Shown: positions 40,307 to 50,828 of the stretch, piece by piece
How the letters are laid out: the number at the start of each line of letters is the position of its first letter
How positions within the stretch are numbered: position 1 is the stretch's first letter
Assembly (NCBI GenBank): GCA_025061115.1
Contig: JANZKC010000003.1
Coordinates: forward strand, 32,001-96,000
DNA: 64,000 nt
Source: Candidatus Culexmicrobium cathedralense
Lineage (GTDB): Archaea > Thermoproteota > Methanomethylicia > Culexarchaeales > Culexmicrobiaceae
Reading direction: 5' to 3'
Notes under the pieces: generated by a model
Told to the model about the DNA's origin: nothing
Database searches by the model: none
Seen by the model: only the letters and a program-made list of their open reading frames with translations
Program-made: the position numbers and the translations under genes

Positions 40307-43183
40307 ATGGCTAAGCGCATTTGCTGGCTTGCATTAACATCTATTTTACTGTTGATTGCTTGCCTTGCGAATTTTGATGCGTGCGCTAATGGAGTGCTAA
40401 GCTTGAATCAGCTTGTAACAAGGATTAGGTTTTTCGATGGTTTAAATGTGAGAGTCAGGGGATACTTAACCGCCTACTCATCTCCACTTGGCTTAAATTT
40501 CGTGCTTACGGATGGTGAGCTGAGCATCGGAGTTAAACCCGTCAATGTTGATCTGACAAGGTGGCTGGGCTGCGAAGTTGAATTGTACGGCACTGTTAAT
40601 TCGAATAGCATGAAATTAGAAGTATTAGCTGTAAGTTCTCCAGTTGAATATGCTGCGCCAAAATTTGAATCCTCAATTGCAGTTTCACTTGAACATTCCC
40701 CTCTTGGTGGGCAGCCCACATACGTAATTCCAGTAAAGTTTCCAGATGTGGCGCCAAGCAAAAACATTACGGAGATAATGGCTGTTGTAGAAGAAGCTGC
40801 AAACGAGTATTATCCTAAAGTTTCATACAACTTGACGTGGTTTAACTGCAAATTTATAGATAACTGGCTTTTAATGCCGAGAAATATGTCATATTATGCA
40901 GCTGATAATGATACTACGCGGGACGATCTAATTAAAGATGCCATTGCACTTGCAGACTCCTTCATCAACTATACGAGATATTATCGAATAATCATAGTCC
41001 ACGCAGGAGGTGATGAAGCTTTAACCCACATTTCAAGTGACATATGGTCATATGCCGCTCTTGGAGAGCTCTTAATATCGACGGACGATGGCTCAGTGAA
41101 GATTTCAGTTGCAGTTGTTTCCGAATTTGATCCTCTGGGAGTTTATGTTCATGAAATGGGCCACATGCTTGGTTTGCCCGAGCTATACGACGTAGATCAT
41201 GTTGAGGAGTTCATGGGAAAGTGGGATGTAATGGCTAAGGGAATGTGGAATGGACGATTTCCTGGAAGTTCACCTGCTCATCCATCATCCGCATGCAAAA
41301 TAAGTCTCGGATGGTTAGATCCTGACAGCATAGTTGAGGTCGAGTATGAGAGCTTCATTACAGTCACAATAAATCCACTTGAAAGCGAAAGTGGAGTTAG
41401 AGTGGTTAAAATTCCAGTTACACCTGAAGCATATTATTTGATTGAAGTTAGGCGTAAAGTAGATTACGACCTTCATCTTCCAGGTGAGGGTGTGCTAATA
41501 ATTTTTGTAAATGAGTCCATATCTTCAGGCGATGGACCGGCACGGATTATAGATTCGAAGCCTAAAACAGCTACGCTAGACGACGCGTTCTTCACTGTAG
41601 GATCCTCATGGAGCGATGCAAATTACAATATAACTATTCGCATCGAGAGCCAAGTAGGTTCAGCCTATATAGTATCAATATTTTACGGGGATAAGGTTAT
41701 CATAGATGAAGCAGAAGTAAGCAGGTCAAGAGCTGATGTAAACTCAACTCAATACGTTAGATTTCATGCGAAATGGGCTTCAAGTGGGGAAAACGCTTCA
41801 AGGATAGAGCTCGAAATCAATGGCACTTTATGCACCACTGATGACGAAGGCTGGGCTACAGTAACTGTCAACTCAAGCAAGGTTGGAAAGCAAACCTGGA
41901 TGGTAACTGCAGCTTACATTGATGAAATTCCAATAGCATTGATAGTGGAAGCTGAAAATCCATCTATAATTTGGGATGAAGTTGTCATAACACTTGTAGT
42001 TCCACCTGAAAAGCTAAGAGTAAGTATAAATTCGAATGCAACAATCCTTTACGATGCCAAGTACGCATATGACGATTCACCATTTGAAGGAAAGGTTTAC
42101 TTAAATGGCTCAACTATTTCCTCCATTCTTGGAGTTAGGTGGTTCAAGGTTTACCGTATCATTGATTATAAGTATAATCTAACGGCATTTAAATCAAATG
42201 TAGTGAAGGTCATTTTCGATGCACTTAAAGTTGAAGTTCAAGTGGATAAGCAATTGTACAACCCAGGAGATGTATTTGAAGTTAAAGTTAAATTGACTTA
42301 TGCTAGCGATGGCACTCCAATTGTAGGTGGACGAGTTAAATTGAATGGAAATCAACTTTCAACTGAAATTGGAGGCATAGCTACATTCAATGTAAGGGCT
42401 CCAAATTGCACTTGCGAATTTACTCTTCACATTGAAGGTGTAAGCGATGGAAAATCCGTTGATGTGGCGTACAACCATGAAAACTTGACATTATATGCAA
42501 CTGCAATAGTAATAGACCGAATATCGCCGAGAAACGTTAGAGTGGAAATTGGAAAACCAATAAGGGTTGATTTTCATGCTATATGGGCTCACAATTATAC
42601 TTCTGCAAGTAATGTGGAAATGTGGATTGCAGATAGAAAGTTAGTGACTGGAAGTGATGGTTGGGCTTCAATTGAAATGGTCATGAGTAGAATAACTAAA
42701 GTAGACCTTGATGTTGAGAAAGTAGCTGCACCTGAAGGTATAACTGCCTTTAGGCAGCCAATTCCGGCTTACATCATTTGGGATAAGCTCAACATTAACA
42801 TCGAAACTTATACTCTCACACCTGGCTCGATCAAATTCATAGTCAAAATTAGTTATGAATATGATGGATCGCCAGTGAAGAATGCTAATGTCATGATAAA
42901 TAGGTTTAAAGTTGCTAAGGTAAATGCAGGAACCTATAGCTTGGTGTTGGACTCCTGGGATTTAACACTAACCGTTGAAGTGCTTGTTGAAGTTGAAGGT
43001 TTCCAGCCTGTAATAAAAGTGGTTGAAGTTATTGCCATTGGAAACATAGTTTTCTACAGCGTTTCACTTACTTTAATTGGATTAATAATCTTGTACTTCA
43101 TGAGGGAATTCAAAATCATTAAGAGGCTTCCAAGAATTAGGAGTAGAATTCGAATTTCACGTGATGCAGCGTCATCCCCGTAA
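40307..43183 (+). CDS. Membrane-anchored M6-family (InhA-like) metalloprotease with Ig-like repeats
   Basis: Signal peptide, IIVHAG, HEMGHMLGLPELYD, WDVMAKG, YYLIEVR, many sequons, C-terminal TM plus basic tail. Confidence 0.88.
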   Translation: MAKRICWLALTSILLLIACLANFDACANGVLSLNQLVTRIRFFDGLNVRVRGYLTAYSSPLGLNFVLTDGELSIGVKPVNVDLTRWLGCEVELYGTVNSNSMKLEVLAVSSPVEYAAPKFESSIAVSLEHSPLGGQPTYVIPVKFPDVAPSKNITEIMAVVEEAANEYYPKVSYNLTWFNCKFIDNWLLMPRNMSYYAADNDTTRDDLIKDAIALADSFINYTRYYRIIIVHAGGDEALTHISSDIWSYAALGELLISTDDGSVKISVAVVSEFDPLGVYVHEMGHMLGLPELYDVDHVEEFMGKWDVMAKGMWNGRFPGSSPAHPSSACKISLGWLDPDSIVEVEYESFITVTINPLESESGVRVVKIPVTPEAYYLIEVRRKVDYDLHLPGEGVLIIFVNESISSGDGPARIIDSKPKTATLDDAFFTVGSSWSDANYNITIRIESQVGSAYIVSIFYGDKVIIDEAEVSRSRADVNSTQYVRFHAKWASSGENASRIELEINGTLCTTDDEGWATVTVNSSKVGKQTWMVTAAYIDEIPIALIVEAENPSIIWDEVVITLVVPPEKLRVSINSNATILYDAKYAYDDSPFEGKVYLNGSTISSILGVRWFKVYRIIDYKYNLTAFKSNVVKVIFDALKVEVQVDKQLYNPGDVFEVKVKLTYASDGTPIVGGRVKLNGNQLSTEIGGIATFNVRAPNCTCEFTLHIEGVSDGKSVDVAYNHENLTLYATAIVIDRISPRNVRVEIGKPIRVDFHAIWAHNYTSASNVEMWIADRKLVTGSDGWASIEMVMSRITKVDLDVEKVAAPEGITAFRQPIPAYIIWDKLNINIETYTLTPGSIKFIVKISYEYDGSPVKNANVMINRFKVAKVNAGTYSLVLDSWDLTLTVEVLVEVEGFQPVIKVVEVIAIGNIVFYSVSLTLIGLIILYFMREFKIIKRLPRIRSRIRISRDAASSP

Positions 43184-43407
43184 GTTAGCCTCGCTGCGAT
43201 TTAATTGATATTTCATTAGACATCAAGCTATCGATTTTAATTGAAGAGTTTCCGTTGCTTGTGCTTATAATGGAGATTTGGTAATTTATTCTTTTTAGCG
43301 GAATTAGGTAATTGCATTGTCTTTCAATTGGAAACATAGTGCAGCTTAATGAAAATATTTTCTGGCCTAATAATTGAAGCTGTTAATTTAATTATTTTAC
43401 ATTCAAG

Positions 43408-44694
43408 CTAGATGAATTTCTTGGTTCTAGCTAGTCTTGGGAATGGCAGAGTATCTCGTACATGATCAAGCTTGCATATCCACCAGGTTAGTCTGTCAAT
43501 TCCAATCCCGAAGCCTGCGTGGGGAACGGAGCCATAGCGTCTTAAGTCTAAATACCAGCTGTACTCTGATAGATCGAAGCCTTCAGCTTTTATTCTCGCA
43601 ATTAATTTATTGATGTCATCTTCTCTTACACCTCCAGTTGCCATTTCACCATAGCCTTCAGGTGCAAGTAAATCTACTGTTAAGCCGATGCCCGGCCTCT
43701 TTGGATCTTCTTTCACGTAAAAGGCCTTGAGGTGAAGTGGATATCCATACATGAATATTGGCTTGGTTAAATTCATAGTTAATAGCTTCTCTTCATCTCC
43801 GCCGATATCCTCTCCCCACCTTATTTCCTTCCCCATTTTTTGAAGCCTATTTATTGCTTCATCGTAGGTTATTCTCTCGAAGGGAGGCTTAATGCTTCTC
43901 AGGAAGTCCGGATCCCTACCAAGCAATTCCAGTTCTTTTGTGCAGTTATCTGCTACTGAATTACATATGTGGGATACTAGCTCTTCTTCAAGTTTCATTA
44001 GGCCTTCAAGATCCATCCAAGCAGCTTCAGCTTCAAGATGCCAAAACTCACATAGGTGCCTTCTAGTTCTAGATTTTTCAGCTCTAAATGACGGGGCTAA
44101 GCACCAAACTTTCTCTAAGCTGAAAATCATGACTTCGAGATAAAGTTGAGAGCTTTGAGTTAGATATGCTTCATTTTCAAAATATTTCATTTTGAATAGG
44201 GTTGCACCACCTTCGCATGCAGTTGCCACTATGATTGGAGGTGAAACTTCATACCATCCATTCTCAACGAAGTACTCCCTACTTGAGCGTAGAACTTCAT
44301 GTCTAATTTTGAATATAGCTTGGTATCTTGCTCCTCTAACTGCTAAGTGCCTATACTCCATTAAAGTCTCTGGTGAGTGAGATTTCTTGCCTAGCGGCCA
44401 TGGAGTTTCGGCCATGTGAACTATATTTAATTCCTTAACTATGAATTCAACTCCTCTCGGAGCTCTAGGCTCCTTTCTCCAAAATCCCTTCAAAATTACG
44501 CTTGATTCCTGAGAAGCCTTTTTGGCTAAACTCCAAGCCTCATCAGAAGCTACTCCTTTCTTAATAACGCACTGCGTAATGCCAAGCGCATTCCTCAAGT
44601 CGAAGAAGATTATCTTTCCGTGTTCTCTTTTCTTGAAAATCCAGCCTCTAATTTCCTCAAGCTTCTCAACTTCGCTCATATTTTTCCTCCACAA
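43408..44694 (-). CDS. asnS: Asparaginyl-tRNA synthetase
   Basis: OB-fold N-terminus, EGGATLF, YLTQSSQLYLE, FRAEKSRTRRHL, GSVPHAGFGIG. Confidence 0.9.
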   Translation of the reverse strand: MWRKNMSEVEKLEEIRGWIFKKREHGKIIFFDLRNALGITQCVIKKGVASDEAWSLAKKASQESSVILKGFWRKEPRAPRGVEFIVKELNIVHMAETPWPLGKKSHSPETLMEYRHLAVRGARYQAIFKIRHEVLRSSREYFVENGWYEVSPPIIVATACEGGATLFKMKYFENEAYLTQSSQLYLEVMIFSLEKVWCLAPSFRAEKSRTRRHLCEFWHLEAEAAWMDLEGLMKLEEELVSHICNSVADNCTKELELLGRDPDFLRSIKPPFERITYDEAINRLQKMGKEIRWGEDIGGDEEKLLTMNLTKPIFMYGYPLHLKAFYVKEDPKRPGIGLTVDLLAPEGYGEMATGGVREDDINKLIARIKAEGFDLSEYSWYLDLRRYGSVPHAGFGIGIDRLTWWICKLDHVRDTLPFPRLARTKKFI

Positions 44695-44811
44695 GTTAAT
44701 TCAATATGCAAGCTAAATATATTAAATTGAACCTCAACATGGATTATTCCAATTAACGTTCTTATAATCTAACTCAATTCAAGGGTTAATTTACATTTTA
44801 TTTGGCGAGAT

Positions 44812-45300
44812 TTATAGGATTCTGGCTTTAGGCGCATACTTCCTTGCAATTTCATTTGGATAGTCGTCGCTGTATTTTTCAATGAAGCTTCTCAATTCCA
44901 TTTTCAATTTATCAGCATTAACAGCTTTAATTCTTATTTTAATTGGTGTTAGTGGAGTGGCCCATGTGCTGCCACTTAACATTAAAGTTTTCAGCTCCTC
45001 ATCAGTTAGGAGTGCATCTATAACTTCAACTGATAGAACGAAGAAGTGCTGGTCCATGTAGCATACTTCCACCGAACCTATTACTTCTCCATCTCCAATT
45101 AAATTCCAGCATTCGAAGTCTCCAACACCTGCCACACCCTCAACTTCCAGCATTAATGAGCCATGATACCTTAACTTCAATTCAACCTTTTTTCTGCCTA
45201 CTGCATCAAGAAAGCCTCTGCTCTGAATTAGATTTTCAAATTCCTTTAGGAAGTTAAACCAATTTCTTACTCCCACGAATTCCAATTCAACCATATTCAA
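44812..45300 (-). CDS. Hypothetical protein
   Basis: 162 aa with GGTGA RBS; co-oriented 39 bp after the AEP gene. Confidence 0.65.
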   Translation of the reverse strand: MNMVELEFVGVRNWFNFLKEFENLIQSRGFLDAVGRKKVELKLRYHGSLMLEVEGVAGVGDFECWNLIGDGEVIGSVEVCYMDQHFFVLSVEVIDALLTDEELKTLMLSGSTWATPLTPIKIRIKAVNADKLKMELRSFIEKYSDDYPNEIARKYAPKARIL

Positions 45301-45339
45301 GTTGAATCACCAGCTTAGCTTCAAATATATGGCTTGAAT

Positions 45340-46644
45340 CTACTTCTCCCCCTTAAACTTAAAGAATTCGTCCAGCTTAGCATGCTCTCTTCTAGGTGGG
45401 CCGTGGCTTAATAGCCACTCCTTGACCTTCTTTGGAGACTTCAAATTAAATAGTATTTTTTGAGCTTCATCGTAAAGCTTTATCAGCTCAGCAATGTCTT
45501 CAGGCTTGTAGTTTTGGAATGGAATTATTGCGTTCTTGGCGTAATTTAGCGCTTTAATTGTATGTTCAAAATCAATGTTACCTTGAGCATAGTGACTTAA
45601 GATATCCTCAACCTTTAGAAATGCTTCTCTAGAACTTTTACTAAATTTTCTGCCTCCACTTAATGGAGGGGGATTTGGGTTGAAGCGAAGCTCTTCGAGC
45701 TTAAACTTCCTAATGGCAGGCACTTCAACTTTCTTGGGAATAAGGAGCTCAAGCTTTTTCTGAATATTTTCAGCAGGAATCAAAGTTTGAGGGGCTTCCC
45801 TCTTAACTTCTCTTGGGTAGGGCCCTATGATTTTAAACGCCTTTCTTGCAAGTTTATCGGCTTCTCCTTCAACGTAGCTTCTCCACTCATGGTTATGCTT
45901 GAACCTGGTTGGATCAGTCCATTCAAAATCAAATTCGCTGATTTGGCTGGGCTTAAATACTATGCAAGCAACATCTAACTGCTTATGAAGACTTAGGGGA
46001 GCAGTGAAAACTCTTTGGGGATCCATTAAATTTTCAACTTTAATTTCAACCTTAAAGTCTAAATTGACTTTCAAAATTGTGGGCTTAATCTTCCTAATAA
46101 TGTAGTCAACGATGCAATATGCTACATTCATGGGTCCAAACTTACCGTACAATTCGCTTGAAATTGCGTCTTCATGTACGTGTACATGAGCTCCTCTACC
46201 ACTCCACTTCACATATACCGATTCACTCACACCTTCATCCTTTAATGCTCCAACTATTGCTTCAACAACTTTGATAGTAGCCCTCCACCACTCCGGCCTA
46301 CTATCAATATCCCATGTTGGAGTTCTAGCATACACATTTTCATAATAGTTAAGAGCATCCTCCTTTGAAGCCAATCGTGAATATAGGCTTGCAGAAGCAT
46401 AGAAAGTTCTAGGCTTAAGCCCACTAAATCTCCGCAAAATTTTCTTGACATCTTCAGGATAACTTATAGTTAAAGGCTTACCCCTATCATATCTAACCAG
46501 CAGCGGCCTGCCATCACCCTTTTTAGCTTCACAATGAACTGCAACCCACCTATTCCTACAGAAATCCGCTATCTCCCTCCTCACCAATTCACTTTCATAG
46601 TACTTTTCAACATCTAAGCCCATTAAAATCCCTTCCAACAACAT
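45340..46644 (-). CDS. Archaeo-eukaryotic primase (AEP) superfamily protein with C-terminal helical extension
   Basis: Motif I WDID, motif II SGRGAH, motif III-like MDPQRVFTAPLSLH. Confidence 0.75.
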   Translation of the reverse strand: MLLEGILMGLDVEKYYESELVRREIADFCRNRWVAVHCEAKKGDGRPLLVRYDRGKPLTISYPEDVKKILRRFSGLKPRTFYASASLYSRLASKEDALNYYENVYARTPTWDIDSRPEWWRATIKVVEAIVGALKDEGVSESVYVKWSGRGAHVHVHEDAISSELYGKFGPMNVAYCIVDYIIRKIKPTILKVNLDFKVEIKVENLMDPQRVFTAPLSLHKQLDVACIVFKPSQISEFDFEWTDPTRFKHNHEWRSYVEGEADKLARKAFKIIGPYPREVKREAPQTLIPAENIQKKLELLIPKKVEVPAIRKFKLEELRFNPNPPPLSGGRKFSKSSREAFLKVEDILSHYAQGNIDFEHTIKALNYAKNAIIPFQNYKPEDIAELIKLYDEAQKILFNLKSPKKVKEWLLSHGPPRREHAKLDEFFKFKGEK

Positions 46645-46743
46645 TAATAGACTACTCTAAGTAAAATTATTATACCTCAAACTCTGACAGGTTAAGTGCA
46701 TCAGATGTGCTCTTGTCTTACTTTAAAGCTTGGAGGTGATGAT

Positions 46744-47163
46744 TTGAACTGGCTGGCACTTTCAATTATTGCCACTTTATTTTGGGGGCTTTGGAGCATA
46801 ATGATAAAGATGGCTTTACAGTATCTTGATTGGCATCAAGTTTACCTCTTTTCATCAATACCCGGCGTAATCATCGCAATTACAATGTACTTCACTTTTA
46901 AATCATCAAAAATCGATATAAACTCTCCAGCACTGTACTACTCGATCATAGCTGGAGTCCTAGGCGCAATTGGAACAATAGCGTTCAACATGGCCCTAAA
47001 AAGCGGCAAGGCATCAATCATAGTGCCCTTAACATCCCTATATCCAGTAATAGCTATAATCACTGCACGAATACTCTTACGAGAGAGAATTACCTTAATC
47101 CAAGGAATTGGCGTTTTGTTTGCAATTATCTCTATGCTTTTGCTATCAATAACTGTAGAATAG
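46744..47163 (+). CDS. EamA/DMT family transporter (single domain)
   Basis: FWG..K, A...G.ASI.VP....P, LLRE.I...Q..G; TTG start after GGAGGTGA. Confidence 0.85.
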   Translation: MNWLALSIIATLFWGLWSIMIKMALQYLDWHQVYLFSSIPGVIIAITMYFTFKSSKIDINSPALYYSIIAGVLGAIGTIAFNMALKSGKASIIVPLTSLYPVIAIITARILLRERITLIQGIGVLFAIISMLLLSITVE

Positions 47164-47344
47164 AATTCTGGCCATTAGCACTCGGAGCTTGATAAGTTAC
47201 ATTGAAGATTTTGCAAGCGAGTTCACATACGACTTTTATTAATTAATTGTAAGCCCATTTCAATAGTTAACTGATTCCACTCCTTTGTTTTGGTGTAAAA
47301 TTGCTTTTTAGAATTTTTAAGTTGTTTAAAGTGTATTTTTAGTT

Positions 47345-48100
47345 GTGATGATTATGGAGAATATTAAAGAATTGATTGTCAAGGCTGCAAAAATACTTGT
47401 AAAAAGCAAATATGCTGTGTGCATAACCGGTGCAGGCATTTCAGCTGAGAGTGGCATTCCAACTTTTAGAGGTAGGGATGGTTTGTGGAGGAGATTTAGA
47501 GTTGAAGATTTAGCTACCCCCGAAGCTTTTCATAGGAATCCAAATTTAGTTTGGGAGTGGTACAGGTGGCGCATGCATTTGGTCTATAGTGCAAAGCCTA
47601 ATTCTGGGCATCTCGCACTTGTGGATTTAGAAAGAATGGGTATTCTGAGGTGCATTGTCACTCAAAATGTTGATGGTCTACATACTATTGCTGGTAGCAA
47701 ATGCGTTGTTGAATTGCATGGAAGCATCAGGCGTGGAAGATGCGTTGAATGCAATTTTAAAGTTGTCTTTGATGCTCCTCCAGAAGTTGTTCCCCCTAAA
47801 TGTCCCAAATGCGGTGGTCTTTTAAGGCCGGATGTAGTGTGGTTTGGAGAAGCCATACCAAGCGACGCTCTCAACAAAGCAATGCAATTATTTTCTAAAG
47901 CTGATGTTGCCCTAGTTATTGGCACTAGTGGGGTCGTCTATCCTGCTGGCTACTTCCCACATATTGTTAAGGAAAAAGGCGGGGCTGTAATTGAAGTTAA
48001 CATTGATGAGAGCGCCATAACTCCTATAGCTGATGTTTTCATTAGGGGCAGGGCTGGCGAAATACTGCCAAAAATTGTTGAAAAGATAAGATTAATTTGA
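47345..48100 (+). CDS. cobB: Sir2/CobB NAD-dependent protein deacylase
   Basis: TGAGISAESGIPTFRG, TQNVDGLH, HG, CxxC..CxxC, RPDVVWFGE, GTSG.VYPA. Confidence 0.95.
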   Translation: MMIMENIKELIVKAAKILVKSKYAVCITGAGISAESGIPTFRGRDGLWRRFRVEDLATPEAFHRNPNLVWEWYRWRMHLVYSAKPNSGHLALVDLERMGILRCIVTQNVDGLHTIAGSKCVVELHGSIRRGRCVECNFKVVFDAPPEVVPPKCPKCGGLLRPDVVWFGEAIPSDALNKAMQLFSKADVALVIGTSGVVYPAGYFPHIVKEKGGAVIEVNIDESAITPIADVFIRGRAGEILPKIVEKIRLI

Positions 48101-48112
48101 TTATAATTGAGT

Positions 48113-49255
48113 TTATCTTGTAATTCTGATGCTCTCCATCTCTTCAATTAAGCTTTTGCCACTGCCCTCCCTAAAGTGCTTCCTAATGGGTTTAAGAAGC
48201 TCGATCAATTTTTCAGCCACATAGTTTTTTAAATCAAGTGGGTGGATCTTTCCCTCGCTATATGCTCTCTTAACTTCATCGAAGCTTTCAAAGCTCATTT
48301 TTTCTCCAGTTTTTTCGTTAACTATTACAATTTCATCCTCGCTAATGTTTCTCGAAATGATGTACTCTAATATTTCTATTATTGGGTTGAATTCAACTTG
48401 CTTAAATGGGCAGAATGCTTTCCTAATCTTCATTTTAATTTCGTCCTCACTGTCATGAATGAAAATTGCACTTCCCGGCCTGGATTTTGACATTTTAATT
48501 TCAATTACGCTGTCTTCAAATACTTCGCGTCTTCCTTCCATCTTGGCTTTAATTATTGCATTCCACTCTTTACTGGTTAAGTCTAAGCCCATGATTAGAT
48601 GGTGATGAACTGCAATTGGCTTGTATCCGAATGCCTTTTCTCCAACATCTATTGCAATGACGTGGGCTTTTCTTTGATCTATACCTCCATGAGCTAAATT
48701 AACCTTCAACGTAAATATGTCAGCAACTTGCATTGGAACGTAGATTAACTGGGCGAAATCTAGGCTTCCCCCCCTTTTCCTACCCATGATTGTTATGGAT
48801 CTCCTAACTCTTGAAAGTGTTGTTTTCATTGAAACTTTAATCACGTTTTCGAAGTACTTCAACCCTTCTTTCTCGTAAAGTTCGGAACCCATGATGAATT
48901 TCGTTTTATCAGGATCTCCGCCGACAACCTTCAATGACTGCTTCAAAGCCTCCTTAAAATATCCTCCTGCAACTCTCTTTATGGTGTCTAGATCGCCGCC
49001 AAGCTTTCTATTTATCCATGAATGGTAATCCGCCAAAAACACTATGGTTTCTATTCCTGCCCTTTGAAAATCAGCTACCTTTTCCATGCAAATTATTCCA
49101 GTGCCAATATGAACGTAGCCTGAAATTTCCAATCCAATGTAATGCCTCAATTTAATGCCTTGATTTAAGTACTCTCTCAACCTCTCCTCGGTTAATAATT
49201 CCTCCGTCGGAGTTCTCCTGACCAGTTTGATTATCTCCTCAGCATCCATCGTCAT
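48113..49255 (-). CDS. tyrS: Tyrosyl-tRNA synthetase (archaeal)
   Basis: [40 protein letters not shown]. Confidence 0.95.
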   Translation of the reverse strand: MTMDAEEIIKLVRRTPTEELLTEERLREYLNQGIKLRHYIGLEISGYVHIGTGIICMEKVADFQRAGIETIVFLADYHSWINRKLGGDLDTIKRVAGGYFKEALKQSLKVVGGDPDKTKFIMGSELYEKEGLKYFENVIKVSMKTTLSRVRRSITIMGRKRGGSLDFAQLIYVPMQVADIFTLKVNLAHGGIDQRKAHVIAIDVGEKAFGYKPIAVHHHLIMGLDLTSKEWNAIIKAKMEGRREVFEDSVIEIKMSKSRPGSAIFIHDSEDEIKMKIRKAFCPFKQVEFNPIIEILEYIISRNISEDEIVIVNEKTGEKMSFESFDEVKRAYSEGKIHPLDLKNYVAEKLIELLKPIRKHFREGSGKSLIEEMESIRITR

Positions 49256-49427
49256 CGCCTAACTATAATCAATTCACCAGCATACATTAAAGCTTTAAGT
49301 CGAATCAATTGATATGATGATGCATGCAAATTTGAGTTAAAAATGTTATTTCGAGTTATTTTGAAATTTAAATTACAGTTAAAAGCGCTTACCAACAAAT
49401 ATATGGTGTCTGCAACAATAACATTGT

Positions 49428-50216
49428 TTGATGAGCGTAGATGATGCTTATCTGTTTGGGGAAGCTGCCAAGCTTCTTAGGTCAGGTGAAACTATTGCTT
49501 TATGCATAATTGTGGATAAAGTCGGTTCGGGACCTAGAGGTGTTGGTGCAAAAATGATTGTTTATGGTGATGGCAAATCTATCGGCAGTATTGGCGGTGG
49601 AAAATTTGAACGCATTTTAATTGAAAGGGCTTTGGAGGTAATTAAAAATGGGCATAGTAAATTAGTTGAATTTTCTCTTGGCAGTGGAAGTGGAATAGAA
49701 ACTGGATTAATTTGCGGTGGCAATTTAAAAGTGCTCATTGATGTAATTAAACCTAATCCTAGACTAATAATCGTTGGTTCTGGCAGCATTGCTAAACCAC
49801 TAGCGGAAGTAGCATGCATAGCTGGTTTTGAAGTTATAGTTGTTGATGATAATGAGAAAACAGCTACGCATGATAGATTTCCAATGGCAAGTAGACTCAT
49901 AGTTAAACCCTTAGTTAAAGCATTGAGTGAGCTTGAATTAAGAGGCAGCGACTTTATCGCGATTATTCATGGAGATGTCGAAATTGAATACGCTGTTTTA
50001 AAGGAGCTTTTAAGGAGGAAGCCAAGATACATTGGGCTCCTAGGCAGTAAAAGGAAAGTTGCGGAATTTAGGAGAAGGCTTAAGATTGAAGGTTTTAATG
50101 AGGATGACCTTAGCATTCTCCACGCGCCTATAGGCATCGACATTAATGCTGAAACTCCAGGTGAAATTGCAGTAAGTATTGTTGCTGAGTTAATTAAAAT
50201 TTTAAGGGGAAGCTAA
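49428..50216 (+). CDS. XdhC/CoxI family Mo-hydroxylase accessory protein
   Basis: GSGPRGVGAKM, GSIGGG, CGG, YIGLLGS, HAPIG.DI.AETP.EIA. Confidence 0.92.
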   Translation: MMSVDDAYLFGEAAKLLRSGETIALCIIVDKVGSGPRGVGAKMIVYGDGKSIGSIGGGKFERILIERALEVIKNGHSKLVEFSLGSGSGIETGLICGGNLKVLIDVIKPNPRLIIVGSGSIAKPLAEVACIAGFEVIVVDDNEKTATHDRFPMASRLIVKPLVKALSELELRGSDFIAIIHGDVEIEYAVLKELLRRKPRYIGLLGSKRKVAEFRRRLKIEGFNEDDLSILHAPIGIDINAETPGEIAVSIVAELIKILRGS

Positions 50217-50218
50217 AA

Positions 50219-50812
50219 ATGATTTCAGCTGTCATTTTGGCTGCAGGAGTATCGAAGAGGTTTGGACGTAACAAGTTGATTGAACCAATTGGCGGTAAAC
50301 CAATGATTAGATGGACGGTTGAAGCGGCAGTTAATTCAATAGTAGATGAGGTTATAGTTGTATTGGGGTTTGAAGCTGAAATTGTGGGTAAAGTGATTAA
50401 AGATTTACCTTGTAAAATCATTATTAATGAGAATTACTTGGGAGGCATGAGTTCTTCAGTTAAATTTGGAGTTAAACATGTAGCAAGGAATAGTGATGCT
50501 GTGGTTATAATTCCTGGTGATTGCCCATTTATTGGTAGTGAATCCATAAATTCGGTTGTGAATGCATTTAGAAAGACAGGCTCACCTATCGTTATAGCAA
50601 CGTATAAGGGTAGGAGGGGGCATCCAATACTTATTAGTCGCGAGCTTTTCCACGAAGTGCTTGAAATTAGTGAGGAGACGTTTGGTCTAAAGCAGCTTAT
50701 AAAGAAGTATGAAGAAAAAATTTTCTTCGTGGAAGCGCCAACAGTCGGCGTACTGATAGACATTGATTATCCTGAAGATGTGGATAGGACGGTTAAATTG
50801 CTTAAAGCATGA
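50219..50812 (+). CDS. mocA: Molybdenum cofactor cytidylyltransferase (MocA-like)
   Basis: ILAAG.SKRFG.NKL, GMSSS, GD.P, GHP, DID.PED; directly follows xdhC. Confidence 0.8.
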   Translation: MISAVILAAGVSKRFGRNKLIEPIGGKPMIRWTVEAAVNSIVDEVIVVLGFEAEIVGKVIKDLPCKIIINENYLGGMSSSVKFGVKHVARNSDAVVIIPGDCPFIGSESINSVVNAFRKTGSPIVIATYKGRRGHPILISRELFHEVLEISEETFGLKQLIKKYEEKIFFVEAPTVGVLIDIDYPEDVDRTVKLLKA

Positions 50813-50828
50813 TTTAATGGTGATTGGA

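Noticed and set aside
43321-43335. CTTTCAATTGGAAAC, resembling the ends of an archaeal CRISPR repeat
   Set aside because: Single short occurrence, no repeat-spacer periodicity and no cas genes
43037-43340. 14-bp direct repeat ATTGGAAACATAGT at 43037 and 43327
   Set aside because: One copy lies within a coding region, nothing mobile lies between them, and it is plausible by chance in AT-rich DNA
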